64,000 nucleotides of DNA from an uncultured Bacteroidales bacterium (GTDB lineage: Bacteria > Bacteroidota > Bacteroidia > Bacteroidales > VadinHA17): positions 62,183 to 126,182 of the forward strand of contig CAVTPX010000008.1 in assembly GCA_963736735.1 (NCBI GenBank). Direction: 5' to 3'. Positions 53,353 through 63,128 of the stretch are shown here, piece by piece (positions within the stretch are counted from its first letter, which is position 1; each line of letters starts with the position of its first letter). A model generated the notes under the pieces. The model did not search any database. It was not told the DNA's origin and saw only the letters and a program-made list of their open reading frames with translations. The position numbers and the translations under genes were made by a program.

Positions 53353-54732
53353 TTAATTACCCCCTTTTTCTGTCTTTATTAAGGCTGCCAGGGCAGAAAT
53401 ATCAACTTTCTGCTGCCCGCCTGTCTGCATCTCTTTGACTGTCACCTGACCTGCAGCAAGTTCTTCACTACCGGCAATGATGACCCACGGTATTTTGCGG
53501 GCATCAGCGTATGCGAACTGCTTTTTAAGTCTGGCGACATCGGGGTATAGCTCTGAGCTTATTCCGGCATCGCGTAGTGAGCGTGTAATCTGCACCAGTT
53601 CAGGCAATTCCTTTCCGCCGAAGTTGATTACAAGGGCTTTGGTACCTGAGGCTGCAGCCTCCGGGAACAGACCCAGCTGCAACATTACATCATAAATCCT
53701 GTCTGCACCGAATGAGACTCCTACTCCGGATACCCCCGGGAGGCCGAAGATACCGGTAAGATCATCATACCTGCCGCCGCCGCATATGCTTCCGATGGCT
53801 GCATCATCAGCCTTAACCTCTATTATTGCACCGGTATAGTAATTCAGACCCCTGGCAAGGGAAAGATCGAGCTCCACACGTGCCGCCAACGATTCTGATT
53901 CTAAATATCCGAAGAGTTCCTCCATCTCGGCTATTCCCCTCATTCCGACCTGTGAAGACTGCATTATTACTCCCAGCTCATTGAGCTTCGAGGCTGTTGA
54001 GCCGCCCAGACCTAAAATCGGCTCAAGACGCAAGACAGTTTGTTCGGAAATACCTTTCTGAATCAGCTCCTGCCTGACCCCCTCCTTCCCTATTTTGTCA
54101 AGCTTGTCAATTGCTACGGTGATGTCAGTGATCCTCTCCGTTTCACCAACTGTCTCGGCTATACCGCTGAGTATTTTACGGTTGTTGATCTTCACTGTAA
54201 TGTTAATCTTCAGGTCTCTGAAGATGCGGTCAATTATCTGAACCAGTTCGAGTTCATTCAGAAGTGAATCGCTCCCAATCACATCCACATCACACTGAAA
54301 AAACTCGCGGTACCTCCCCTTCTGGGGCCTGTCGGCCCGCCACACCGGCTGTACCTGGTACCTTCTGAAGGGAAATGTGATCTCATCGCGGTGCTGGACC
54401 ACATACCTTGCAAATGGAACGGTGAGGTCATACCTCAATCCCTTTTCACATATCCCGGAAGAGAGGGAAGAACTGTCAGCGGTGGCTAAAGACGAGCGGT
54501 CAACGGCTGAAAGAAAGTCTCCGGAGTTGAGGATTCTGAACAGAAGCTTGTCACCTTCCTCTCCATATTTACCAAGCAGCGTAGAAAGGTTTTCCATTGC
54601 CGGTGTCTCAATTGGCAGATAACCGTAGAGGGAGAAGGTTCTTCTGACAGTGTCAAAAATATAATTTCGCCGGAGCATCTCCACCGGGGAGAAGTCGCGG
54701 GTGCCCTTGGGAACAGACGGTTTCTGAGACAT
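53353..54732 (-). CDS. hisS: Histidine--tRNA ligase
   Basis: MSQKPSVPKGTRDFSP..., FRYQVQPVWRADRPQKGRYREFFQCD, GGGRYD, GVGVSFG. Start set at the ATG at 54732. The longer ORF runs through a terminator and promoter. Confidence 0.95.
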   Translation of the reverse strand: MSQKPSVPKGTRDFSPVEMLRRNYIFDTVRRTFSLYGYLPIETPAMENLSTLLGKYGEEGDKLLFRILNSGDFLSAVDRSSLATADSSSLSSGICEKGLRYDLTVPFARYVVQHRDEITFPFRRYQVQPVWRADRPQKGRYREFFQCDVDVIGSDSLLNELELVQIIDRIFRDLKINITVKINNRKILSGIAETVGETERITDITVAIDKLDKIGKEGVRQELIQKGISEQTVLRLEPILGLGGSTASKLNELGVIMQSSQVGMRGIAEMEELFGYLESESLAARVELDLSLARGLNYYTGAIIEVKADDAAIGSICGGGRYDDLTGIFGLPGVSGVGVSFGADRIYDVMLQLGLFPEAAASGTKALVINFGGKELPELVQITRSLRDAGISSELYPDVARLKKQFAYADARKIPWVIIAGSEELAAGQVTVKEMQTGGQQKVDISALAALIKTEKGGN

Positions 54733-54750
54733 TCTTACCTTATTATGAGA

Positions 54751-54758
54751 CAAAAATA
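54751..54758 (-). promoter_or_regulatory. Candidate -7 box (TATTTTTG) for hisS, continuous with the upstream terminator T-tract
   Basis: Plus-strand caaaaata is an exact TAnnTTTG on the minus strand, 19 nt upstream of ATG 54732. Confidence 0.35.
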
Positions 54759-54790
54759 AAAAAAAAGAGGCTGTCACGTTTGTGGCAGCC
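54759..54790 (-). terminator. Rho-independent terminator after the DUF4870 gene
   Basis: Minus strand reads ggctgccac-aaac-gtgacagcc (9-bp stem including one G-U) followed by tctttttttt. Confidence 0.75.
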
Positions 54791-54814
54791 CTTATGTTAT
54801 TAACGTATGGCAGA

Positions 54815-55171
54815 TTATTGCAGGAACGGTATTGAAATCGGATACTTGAAAACCTCACCCCTGGCTGATCTTATGGAAGCCACAACTATGCAGACCAGTT
54901 TGAGCACGATCAGGAACAATATTATCGGAAAACCGATAAGTATGAAGCAAAGAGGTATTGCAAGCACAATGTACATCAACATCGAGAGTTGGAAATTGAG
55001 CGATGCCTTTCCGTTTATATCAACCCAGGCTGACTCCTGTTTGCGAGATATCCAGCAAACCATCGGACCGATAATGCCTCCGAAGGGGAAGAAATACCCG
55101 GCAAAGGCGGAAAGGTGACAGAACATTGCCCAGTCTCGCTCTGACTGTGTGTACGATTTGATCTCTTCCAT
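54815..55171 (-). CDS. DUF4870-family small membrane protein
   Basis: 118 aa. ERDWAMFCHLSAFAGYFFPFGGIIGPMVCW...NGKASLNFQLS, then two more TM helices. Confidence 0.7.
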   Translation of the reverse strand: MEEIKSYTQSERDWAMFCHLSAFAGYFFPFGGIIGPMVCWISRKQESAWVDINGKASLNFQLSMLMYIVLAIPLCFILIGFPIILFLIVLKLVCIVVASIRSARGEVFKYPISIPFLQ

Positions 55172-55215
55172 GGCTTTTTTCTTTAAAGACGAAATAAATA
55201 GTTAAATGCTGCTTT

Positions 55216-56067
55216 TCAGAAACGTGCTATTCTCTTCAGGTCACTAATAAGCATACCGTTTGCATTCTTACTGTCAACCATATGTATATCATGGTAATAC
55301 ATTACTGCATCATCAGTACCGATAAGCATCTTCAGGCATGTACCGGTCTGCTTAGACCCGTCAGGACCGACCTTATGGAATATCAGGACGTCCTTTTCCC
55401 TGTTTTCAACCGCACTTATAATCGCATCCTCATCCACAATCTTAACAGCGTAAGGGTAATATGCCTTGATTTTCTCCTCAGTGTCAATCTCAGGTGCCAG
55501 GTCTTCAATCCTGACCAGGATAGTCTTTTTACCTATCTCAGGCACATTTTTATTATAGTATTTGAGATACCTGAGGGCTGAAAGGGTCGGATTCTTTGTA
55601 ACAAGGTCGGCATGATACTGCATAAACCGCACGATGAGGCCCATCTTGTAACTGTATTCACCTTCGTCGGCGCCGGCAAAAGAGAGGGGTATGGCACAAA
55701 ATTCCGGTAATTCATCAAGATTGTCCACATCGGCCCCGAGGAGCAGGTTCAGAAAATCATATGCTGATCCGGATTTGTCGTTACTGAAGTTAGTGATTGT
55801 CAGAACTATGAATGAAAATGCAGGATCAGTGCGCATTACATTGAATTCATTGACTGTAATGAACCTGAATGGGGTCACCTTCCAGTACTTCTCAACCGCA
55901 GTCTTTAGTTCGGCATTATAGAATGAAAAGGGGTTGTCTTCAACAACAATGCATGTTGTAGAAGCAAAAAATTTCTTAGCGTCATCAAGTGTGGGATAAG
56001 GCCGTACCTGCCCTGAAAGGGTGACTGTGGCAAGTATAATTAAGACTGCAAGGGAAGCTTTTTTCAT
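55216..56067 (-). CDS. Secreted hypothetical protein
   Basis: Signal peptide MKKASLAVLIILATVTLSGQ. No motif I recognise. Its start is 7 nt after the upstream gene's stop (operon). Start set at the ATG at 56067. Confidence 0.6.
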   Translation of the reverse strand: MKKASLAVLIILATVTLSGQVRPYPTLDDAKKFFASTTCIVVEDNPFSFYNAELKTAVEKYWKVTPFRFITVNEFNVMRTDPAFSFIVLTITNFSNDKSGSAYDFLNLLLGADVDNLDELPEFCAIPLSFAGADEGEYSYKMGLIVRFMQYHADLVTKNPTLSALRYLKYYNKNVPEIGKKTILVRIEDLAPEIDTEEKIKAYYPYAVKIVDEDAIISAVENREKDVLIFHKVGPDGSKQTGTCLKMLIGTDDAVMYYHDIHMVDSKNANGMLISDLKRIARF

Positions 56068-56074
56068 ACAGTGA

Positions 56075-56848
56075 CTATTTGCCTGAAGGCATAAAAACAG
56101 GGTGTTTTTCATTGAATTTCCGAAGGTAAACAAACATCATCTTCTTCTGGTTCTTGTTCCTCATTGAGACAAACTCCTCGTATAGTTCAGGATCTTTCAT
56201 GAGCAGCACCTCAAGGTTCTTGAGGTCGTATTCATAGTCCTTGCCCGTCTCAAAATCTATCATATACATCTGCAGGTCAGTCCTGGAAGCGGATGACCTG
56301 TAAGGATTTCCATAGGAATAGGGCGAATTGTAAGGAGAATAATATGGCGAGTAGTACGGAGAATAATAGGAAGAGCGGTATGGTGAATAATACGGATCAT
56401 AATATCCGTAAGGGTTATAGCCGGGATCATTTCTCGTAACGTCTGCCACGAAGTGAATTATGCTGCCGAAAAAAGTGATCCTGTTGTAGTTTTCCTGTAC
56501 CTTTCTGTAGAGAACACCATTTCGGGCGAACCCCCATATTGTTGTCTTGTCAATTTCCTGCCTTACTCCCATGTTATCATAGAAATAGATCTTGTCGCCC
56601 GAAAGGACCTGTGCGAAAAAATCCTTGTCGTTATAGTCCACAGATGTCAGGAGCTTGGCTTTCGGTATCGGACCGTTGGCGCGGACCATGTCGAAGTTGA
56701 GGTAGATACCGTCTCTGAATTTGAAGTCGGGAGTGTACTGCACAAGCGTATCAGGCTTCTGACCTGAAGCAGTGCCAAGGGTAATCAAACCCAGGATAAG
56801 GGTCAGTGCGGCCGTTTTCATATCTCTCGTTTTCAAAAACATCATCAA
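56075..56848 (-). CDS. Secreted hypothetical protein with a Tyr/Ser/Pro low-complexity insert
   Basis: Signal peptide (MMMFLKTRD)MKTAALTLILGLITLGTASGQ. Internal NPYGYYDPYYSPYRSSYYSPYYSPYYSPYNSPYSYGNPY. Alternative start is the ATG at 56821. Confidence 0.6.
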   Translation of the reverse strand: MMMFLKTRDMKTAALTLILGLITLGTASGQKPDTLVQYTPDFKFRDGIYLNFDMVRANGPIPKAKLLTSVDYNDKDFFAQVLSGDKIYFYDNMGVRQEIDKTTIWGFARNGVLYRKVQENYNRITFFGSIIHFVADVTRNDPGYNPYGYYDPYYSPYRSSYYSPYYSPYYSPYNSPYSYGNPYRSSASRTDLQMYMIDFETGKDYEYDLKNLEVLLMKDPELYEEFVSMRNKNQKKMMFVYLRKFNEKHPVFMPSGK

Positions 56849-56864
56849 ATATTATACCGTAAGG

Positions 56865-56872
56865 CAAAAATA
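56865..56872 (-). promoter_or_regulatory. Candidate -7 box (TATTTTTG) for the two secreted hypothetical genes
   Basis: Plus-strand caaaaata is an exact TAnnTTTG on the minus strand, 17 nt upstream of ATG 56848. Confidence 0.3.
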
Positions 56873-56925
56873 ATCTTTTAACCCGAAGCACCTCCATACG
56901 GTCACTTTCTTTATTGAATTTGGCG

Positions 56926-56933
56926 TATATTTG
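56926..56933 (+). promoter_or_regulatory. Candidate -7 box TATATTTG for the hybrid kinase gene
   Basis: Exact TAnnTTTG, 28 nt upstream of ATG 56961. It overlaps the ORF-track TTG start at 56931, which is therefore rejected. Confidence 0.3.
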
Positions 56934-56960
56934 AGTGAGATTTTCTACTGTATCTGCAAA

Positions 56961-58292
56961 ATGGCCAGGAAATACAAAGTTGGTGCTACACCGCAATCTG
57001 AACTGATGACAAGGAGGATAAGAAAACGGATCCTTTTGCCGGTTGCCCTTGCATCACTCTTTGCTATTATTTCTGTTGCTGCGGCTGTTGCGGGAATGAT
57101 CCTCCTGCCGGTAATAGCAGGTGTCATTACAATTATCGCACTGTTTGTTTCAATTATCGAGCTCAGGAGCCTGATTGCGGAAACGAGGGCAATCATGAGG
57201 GAACTGTCATTTATTGCTGAGAGGCACGAGGAGGTAATAAACAGTTTTTCACACAAGATCAGGGAGCCTCTGAACAACCTGGTACTGCTCAGCGGCATGC
57301 TGCGCGATTCCACTGCACCCGGGAAACAGCAGGAACTCATTGAGACATTCGTGGCCTCCACAGATTCTATGGTTGAGGTGGTTAATGAACTTACCATGGA
57401 GACTGCCGGCAACGCCACTTTTGAGTCGCGCAGTGACATCATGTTCAGGCTTGGCCCCATTATCCGTGATACGATTGAGCTTCTGAAGCTGAACCGTCGT
57501 CATGAGCACAGCATGATCATTTACGACGATAAGGGAGAGGGCGCCACAGAATTAAGGGGCAATCCGATCATAATAAAACAGATACTTATAGACCTTCTGA
57601 GTACGGCCATTTCAGCGGCAACAGGAAATCTGACCCTGAAAATCGAAGCCCGCGAAACATCGGAGCGCGAAGGAGCACAACTCATTGAGTTCACCCTTTC
57701 GACCAACCACCCTGTTATTTTTATCGGCGAGGGAAGGCAACCTTACAATCTTGCCTCCAAACTGATATCGGGGGCAGGCGGGACCTGGCAGGAGAACTCG
57801 TCAGGTTCAGGATCATACTTTGTCTTTACAGTAAGGTCGCAGAAAAACAGAAAAGTAGAGCGGCCCGAGGCAGCAAGCACTCTCATCAAAGGCATCAGCA
57901 AAGATACAGGAAAGAAGGAACTGAAAGACGTGAGCATCCTGCTTGTTGAGGATAATCCTATCAATCAGCGTATTACGCAGCTCATGCTGGAACCCCTTGT
58001 AAAAAGGATAGAGATAGCACGAAACGGGAAGGAAGCTCTTGATATGTTCGGCACCTCGAGATATGATCTGATACTGATGGATATCCAGATGCCTGTAATG
58101 AACGGGCTTGTCTCAGCTGAAAAGATCAGGGCACTGGAGACCAGCACTCATATGCATACCCCTATTATAGCGATCACGGCCAATGCCATGCTGGGTGACA
58201 GGGAGCAGTGCCTTGCTGTAGGTATGGATGATTATATCAGCAAGCCCATAGAGCCGGAACTCCTGATTGAAAAGATAAGTGCCCTTATTTAG
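56961..58292 (+). CDS. Hybrid sensor kinase / response regulator with a degenerate ATP-binding domain
   Basis: Two TM helices. H-box-like SFSHKIREPLNNL. The HATPase region lacks recognisable N, G1 and G2 boxes (LLSTAISAA, TLSTNHPV, GAGGTW). The C-terminal REC is intact (ILLVEDNPINQ...LILMDIQMPVMNG...IIAITANA...YISKP). Confidence 0.8.
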   Translation: MARKYKVGATPQSELMTRRIRKRILLPVALASLFAIISVAAAVAGMILLPVIAGVITIIALFVSIIELRSLIAETRAIMRELSFIAERHEEVINSFSHKIREPLNNLVLLSGMLRDSTAPGKQQELIETFVASTDSMVEVVNELTMETAGNATFESRSDIMFRLGPIIRDTIELLKLNRRHEHSMIIYDDKGEGATELRGNPIIIKQILIDLLSTAISAATGNLTLKIEARETSEREGAQLIEFTLSTNHPVIFIGEGRQPYNLASKLISGAGGTWQENSSGSGSYFVFTVRSQKNRKVERPEAASTLIKGISKDTGKKELKDVSILLVEDNPINQRITQLMLEPLVKRIEIARNGKEALDMFGTSRYDLILMDIQMPVMNGLVSAEKIRALETSTHMHTPIIAITANAMLGDREQCLAVGMDDYISKPIEPELLIEKISALI

Positions 58293-58294
58293 TT

Positions 58295-59275
58295 TCAGAA
58301 AGGCCTGAAACCCATCACCATCATGTCATCGATCTGCTCACAACCCTCCATCCAGGTGGTAATAGTCTCATCCAGAATACGCTCCTGATCAGGCAGGGGG
58401 TACTTACTAATTGTCAGCAGTATATGTCTGAGCCTGCGATACATGAACTTCTTGTTTTCCGGTCCGCCAAACTGGTCAGCATACCCGTCTGAGAAGAGGT
58501 AAAGGATGTCTCCTCTCTCAAGGGTAAAGGTGCTCTTATTGAAAGAAACACCGTTTACATAAGTCTGCCCGACGTTTATCTTATCACCCTTGATCTCGAT
58601 CAGTTTGTCATTGCGGACAATATAAACCGGGAGAAAAGCCCCGGAGAACTGCATCTCCCTTGACTCACGGTTAATTACACAAATACTCATTTCAATACCG
58701 TCCTTGATGAGTGCCCTGCCGTCCTCCTCCTTATAAAATGATGACTCCAGTTCGCGGTTCAGGGTCATTAGTATGCTGTCACTTGTTTCTACTTTCATTT
58801 CATTGATGATCTTCTGGAGCAGTTCAAGTCCGATCATTGACATGAGTGCTCCGGGAACACCGTGCCCTGTGCAGTCTGCAGCTGCAATATAGTATTTCCC
58901 ACCGCGCTGGCTCACCCAGTAGAAGTCGCCACTGACTATGTGCTTGGGTTTATAAAAGATAAAATAATTCGGGAAAATGCGTCTTATGAAATGCTCGGCA
59001 GGCAGCAGTGCCGACTGGATCCTTCTTGCATAGTTCAGACTGTCTGTAATATCCTTGTTTTTTACCTGAAGCTCCTCCCGCTGATCATTAATCTCCGAAT
59101 ATGCCGACTTCATCTCGGTGAGGTGCTTCTTGGTACGTAAGAGCACCCAGAACTGCAGGATGGCCAGATATACCAACGCAGCAACGACAAAGGCGGCTAT
59201 CAGATAATTTATGACAATGTTGTTCACGTCATAATCATTTAGACTTTTGAACCGCGGCACCGCCCGGCTGTACAA
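58295..59275 (-). CDS. PP2C-family (SpoIIE/RsbU-type) serine phosphatase with N-terminal TM helix
   Basis: NYARRIQSALLP, VSGDFYW, AAADCTGHGVPGA, LFSDGYADQFG, DDMMVMGF. The TTG start at 59275 overlaps the ubiD-like gene. An in-frame GTG at 59227 (just after that gene's stop) is an alternative. Confidence 0.85.
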   Translation of the reverse strand: MYSRAVPRFKSLNDYDVNNIVINYLIAAFVVAALVYLAILQFWVLLRTKKHLTEMKSAYSEINDQREELQVKNKDITDSLNYARRIQSALLPAEHFIRRIFPNYFIFYKPKHIVSGDFYWVSQRGGKYYIAAADCTGHGVPGALMSMIGLELLQKIINEMKVETSDSILMTLNRELESSFYKEEDGRALIKDGIEMSICVINRESREMQFSGAFLPVYIVRNDKLIEIKGDKINVGQTYVNGVSFNKSTFTLERGDILYLFSDGYADQFGGPENKKFMYRRLRHILLTISKYPLPDQERILDETITTWMEGCEQIDDMMVMGFRPF

Positions 59276-61112
59276 GTGGAAAGAGTTTCAGAGAAGGTGA
59301 TTTTATGAATTCACCGGCATTGTACTCATTCCATCGGCGGTCGACCCTTTCTATCGTTTCAATGTCAGAACATACGACATTTGGCCACTCTCTGGGGAAG
59401 GAAGGCAGAGATCCCGATTTCGAAGTGGCATCGATGAACAGTCCTCCGCCGGCAGGCTTATAGATATCCCGTGCCGGATCACTGTTCCCTGTGATAAGCC
59501 ATACTATCATGCCGAGATCAGCAGTATCAGTGCCATCATCAACAGCGACAGAAATTATGCCGTCATTCTGTATCGGTACCGGGAGTGATGACACGAGCTC
59601 TTTCATATCGAAACCTTCAGCGGGCTTTCTGACTGTAATTATTACAACCGGAAGGGCCAGATCGGAGAGGGTCTTTATCGCTGTGACAACCTCGTTCCGG
59701 ATGCCCTCCACAGCTACCAGCCGCAGCGGAACAGCGCTGAATTCCGGATTCTTTTCCTCGTTATGCTTCACAGTGGCATCAATTCCCATCTTACCTCCCA
59801 TGCTGAATGTGTCTGAGGAGTGGTCAAGAACATCAAGCGGGCCCCGTGTTACCATCAGATCGGTTCCAAACCTGACATTCTCAAAGAGAGCTTCAGCCAC
59901 TTTCCCGTAGTCATGAAGCGGCACCCCGCTGTTCAGAACTACAATGTATTTGCTGAACATCATCTGCCCTGCGCCGAAGAGTGCATTGAGGACCTTCATT
60001 CCCTGGCCGGGGTAAGTTTTATCAATGCTCACAAGCACAAGGTTATGGGCTACCCCTGACACCGGCATATGAAGGTCCGTTATCTCCGGTGTGATCGCAA
60101 GTTTAAGTGGGGCAAGGAATATCTTTTCTGTCGCTCTGCCTATCCATGCGTCCTCCATGGGAGGAACCCCCACGATAGTAGAAGGATAAACAGCATTTTT
60201 GCGGTGAGTGATGCAGGTTACGTGAAAGCCGGGGTAGTAATCGGCAAGCGAATAGAAACCGGTATGGTCACCAAATGGTCCTTCCAGCAGCAGTTCTTCA
60301 GAAGGGTCTACATATCCTTCGATAACTATGTCAGAATCAGCAGGTATCCAGAGATCATTCGTAATACATTTTACCAAATCCACTCTTCGGCCGCGAAGGA
60401 ATCCTGCCAGCAGGTACTCATCGATGTTTTCAGGCATAGGTGCCGTGGCAGAGTAAGTATATACGGGGTCGCCACCCAGGGTAACCGTGACAGGCATCCT
60501 GCTGCCTGTCTCCTTCCATGCCTTAAAGTGCCGGGCACCCGTCTTGTGTCTGTGCCAGTGCATTCCGGTCAGGTCAGGGCCCATAATCTGCATCCTGTAC
60601 ATTCCCAGGTTTGGCTTTCCGGTTTCAGGGTGTTTGGTATGGACAAGCGGCAGGGTGATGAATTTTCCTCCGTCATGCGGCCAGCATTTCATCACGGGCA
60701 GTATTGAAAGGTCAGGCTTGCCGGTTACTACTTCCTGGCATATGCCCCTGCCTCTCTTTTTCCGTGGAGTCAGTTTAAGCAGCCTGAGCAGGCGCGGCAG
60801 CTGGCTTATCTTGCTCAGAAGGTTTTTATCCCCGCTGATGGCGTCAAAAAGTGAAAGGATCTCATTACTCGCATCCTCAGGGGAGAAGCGTCCGAGGGCC
60901 GCTGTCATGCGGCTGTCAGAGGCAAGAAAATTAATCAGGAGAGGAAATTTTGAACCGGTATTTTCAAACAGAAGCGCCTTACCCCCTGACTTAACCATTC
61001 GGTCAGCTATCTCGGTCATCTCAAGGTCCGGATCTACGAGGCATTTAACACGGCAGAGATCGCCGCATGTTTCAAGATGGCTGATATAGTCTGAAAGGCC
61101 GGAAAATGTCAT
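59235..61112 (-). CDS. UbiD-family (prenylated-FMN) decarboxylase, menaquinone/ubiquinone-biosynthesis type, with C-terminal extension
   Basis: LSDYISHLETCGDLCRV, GKALLFEN, NLGMYRMQ, GGDP, EGPFGDHTGFY. The start at 61112 is supported by a -7 box at 61130-61137; the ATG at 61142 lies upstream of that box. Confidence 0.85.
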   Translation of the reverse strand: MTFSGLSDYISHLETCGDLCRVKCLVDPDLEMTEIADRMVKSGGKALLFENTGSKFPLLINFLASDSRMTAALGRFSPEDASNEILSLFDAISGDKNLLSKISQLPRLLRLLKLTPRKKRGRGICQEVVTGKPDLSILPVMKCWPHDGGKFITLPLVHTKHPETGKPNLGMYRMQIMGPDLTGMHWHRHKTGARHFKAWKETGSRMPVTVTLGGDPVYTYSATAPMPENIDEYLLAGFLRGRRVDLVKCITNDLWIPADSDIVIEGYVDPSEELLLEGPFGDHTGFYSLADYYPGFHVTCITHRKNAVYPSTIVGVPPMEDAWIGRATEKIFLAPLKLAITPEITDLHMPVSGVAHNLVLVSIDKTYPGQGMKVLNALFGAGQMMFSKYIVVLNSGVPLHDYGKVAEALFENVRFGTDLMVTRGPLDVLDHSSDTFSMGGKMGIDATVKHNEEKNPEFSAVPLRLVAVEGIRNEVVTAIKTLSDLALPVVIITVRKPAEGFDMKELVSSLPVPIQNDGIISVAVDDGTDTADLGMIVWLITGNSDPARDIYKPAGGGLFIDATSKSGSLPSFPREWPNVVCSDIETIERVDRRWNEYNAGEFIKSPSLKLFPLVQPGGAAVQKSK

Positions 61113-61129
61113 CGAATAGTAGATTTCTG

Positions 61130-61137
61130 CAAAGATA
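61130..61137 (-). promoter_or_regulatory. Candidate -7 box (TATCTTTG) for the UbiD-family gene
   Basis: Plus-strand caaagata is an exact TAnnTTTG on the minus strand, 18 nt upstream of ATG 61112. Confidence 0.3.
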
Positions 61138-61178
61138 AGCATTTCTGTTATGGCAAAAAGCTGCCTGCAGGGTGAGTA

Positions 61179-61209
61179 TAAAAAAGAGGCCCCGGTATCG
61201 CGGGGCCTC
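61179..61209 (-). terminator. Rho-independent terminator after eno
   Basis: Minus strand reads gaggccccg-cgatac-cggggcctc (9-bp stem) followed by ttttttata. It lies 27 nt downstream of the eno stop. Confidence 0.85.
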
Positions 61210-61235
61210 CTGATGCTTGCGTTTACCGTAAGTTT

Positions 61236-62522
<1,287 letters not shown>

Positions 62523-62545
62523 TTAATTTATCAATATGCAATATA

Positions 62546-62580
62546 CAAAAAAAGGGATATAGTCACCCGGACTCTATCCC
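62546..62580 (-). terminator. Rho-independent terminator after rplQ
   Basis: Minus strand reads gggatagagtc-cgggt-gactatatccc followed by ttttttt. It lies 23 nt downstream of the rplQ stop. Confidence 0.75.
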
Positions 62581-62602
62581 TTTAATATTTCAGTGTAAAA
62601 TG

Positions 62603-63106
62603 TTATTCATCTTTCGGCTCAGCAGAATCTTCTTTCTTCGGGGCAGCAGTTTCCTTAACAGCTGTCACAGCCTCTTCGGTTTTCTTCTTCGGGCTGCGGC
62701 GGCGGCGGGTTGCTTTTGCCTTTGTTGCATCTGCTGCAAGCATGTTCTCATTGAAGTCGACGAGCTCAATAAGACACATTTCAGCTGCATCACCAAGACG
62801 GTTGCCCAGTTTCAGTATGCGGGTATAGCCGCCGGGACGGTCAGTGATTTTGGGAGCCACTTCCCTGAACAGTTCTGAGACAGCCTCCTTATTTGCAAGA
62901 TAGCTGAAGACAACTCTGCGCGAATGGGTCGAGTCTTCCTTTGATTTTGTAATCAGCGGCTCGACATATGTGCGCAGCGCACGTGCCTTGGCATTTGTGG
63001 TGGTGATGCGCTTGTGTAGTATTAGTGATGATGCCATGTTGGCCATCATTGCCTTTCTGTCCGCGCTTTTCCTTCCCAGGTGATTTATAACTCTTAAATG
63101 TCGCAT
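62603..63106 (-). CDS. rplQ: 50S ribosomal protein L17 (with Lys/Ala/Glu-rich C-terminal extension)
   Basis: [25 protein letters not shown]..., [17 protein letters not shown]. Confidence 0.95.
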   Translation of the reverse strand: MRHLRVINHLGRKSADRKAMMANMASSLILHKRITTTNAKARALRTYVEPLITKSKEDSTHSRRVVFSYLANKEAVSELFREVAPKITDRPGGYTRILKLGNRLGDAAEMCLIELVDFNENMLAADATKAKATRRRRSPKKKTEEAVTAVKETAAPKKEDSAEPKDE

Positions 63107-63128
63107 TTCTATCTATCCTTACCTGTTA

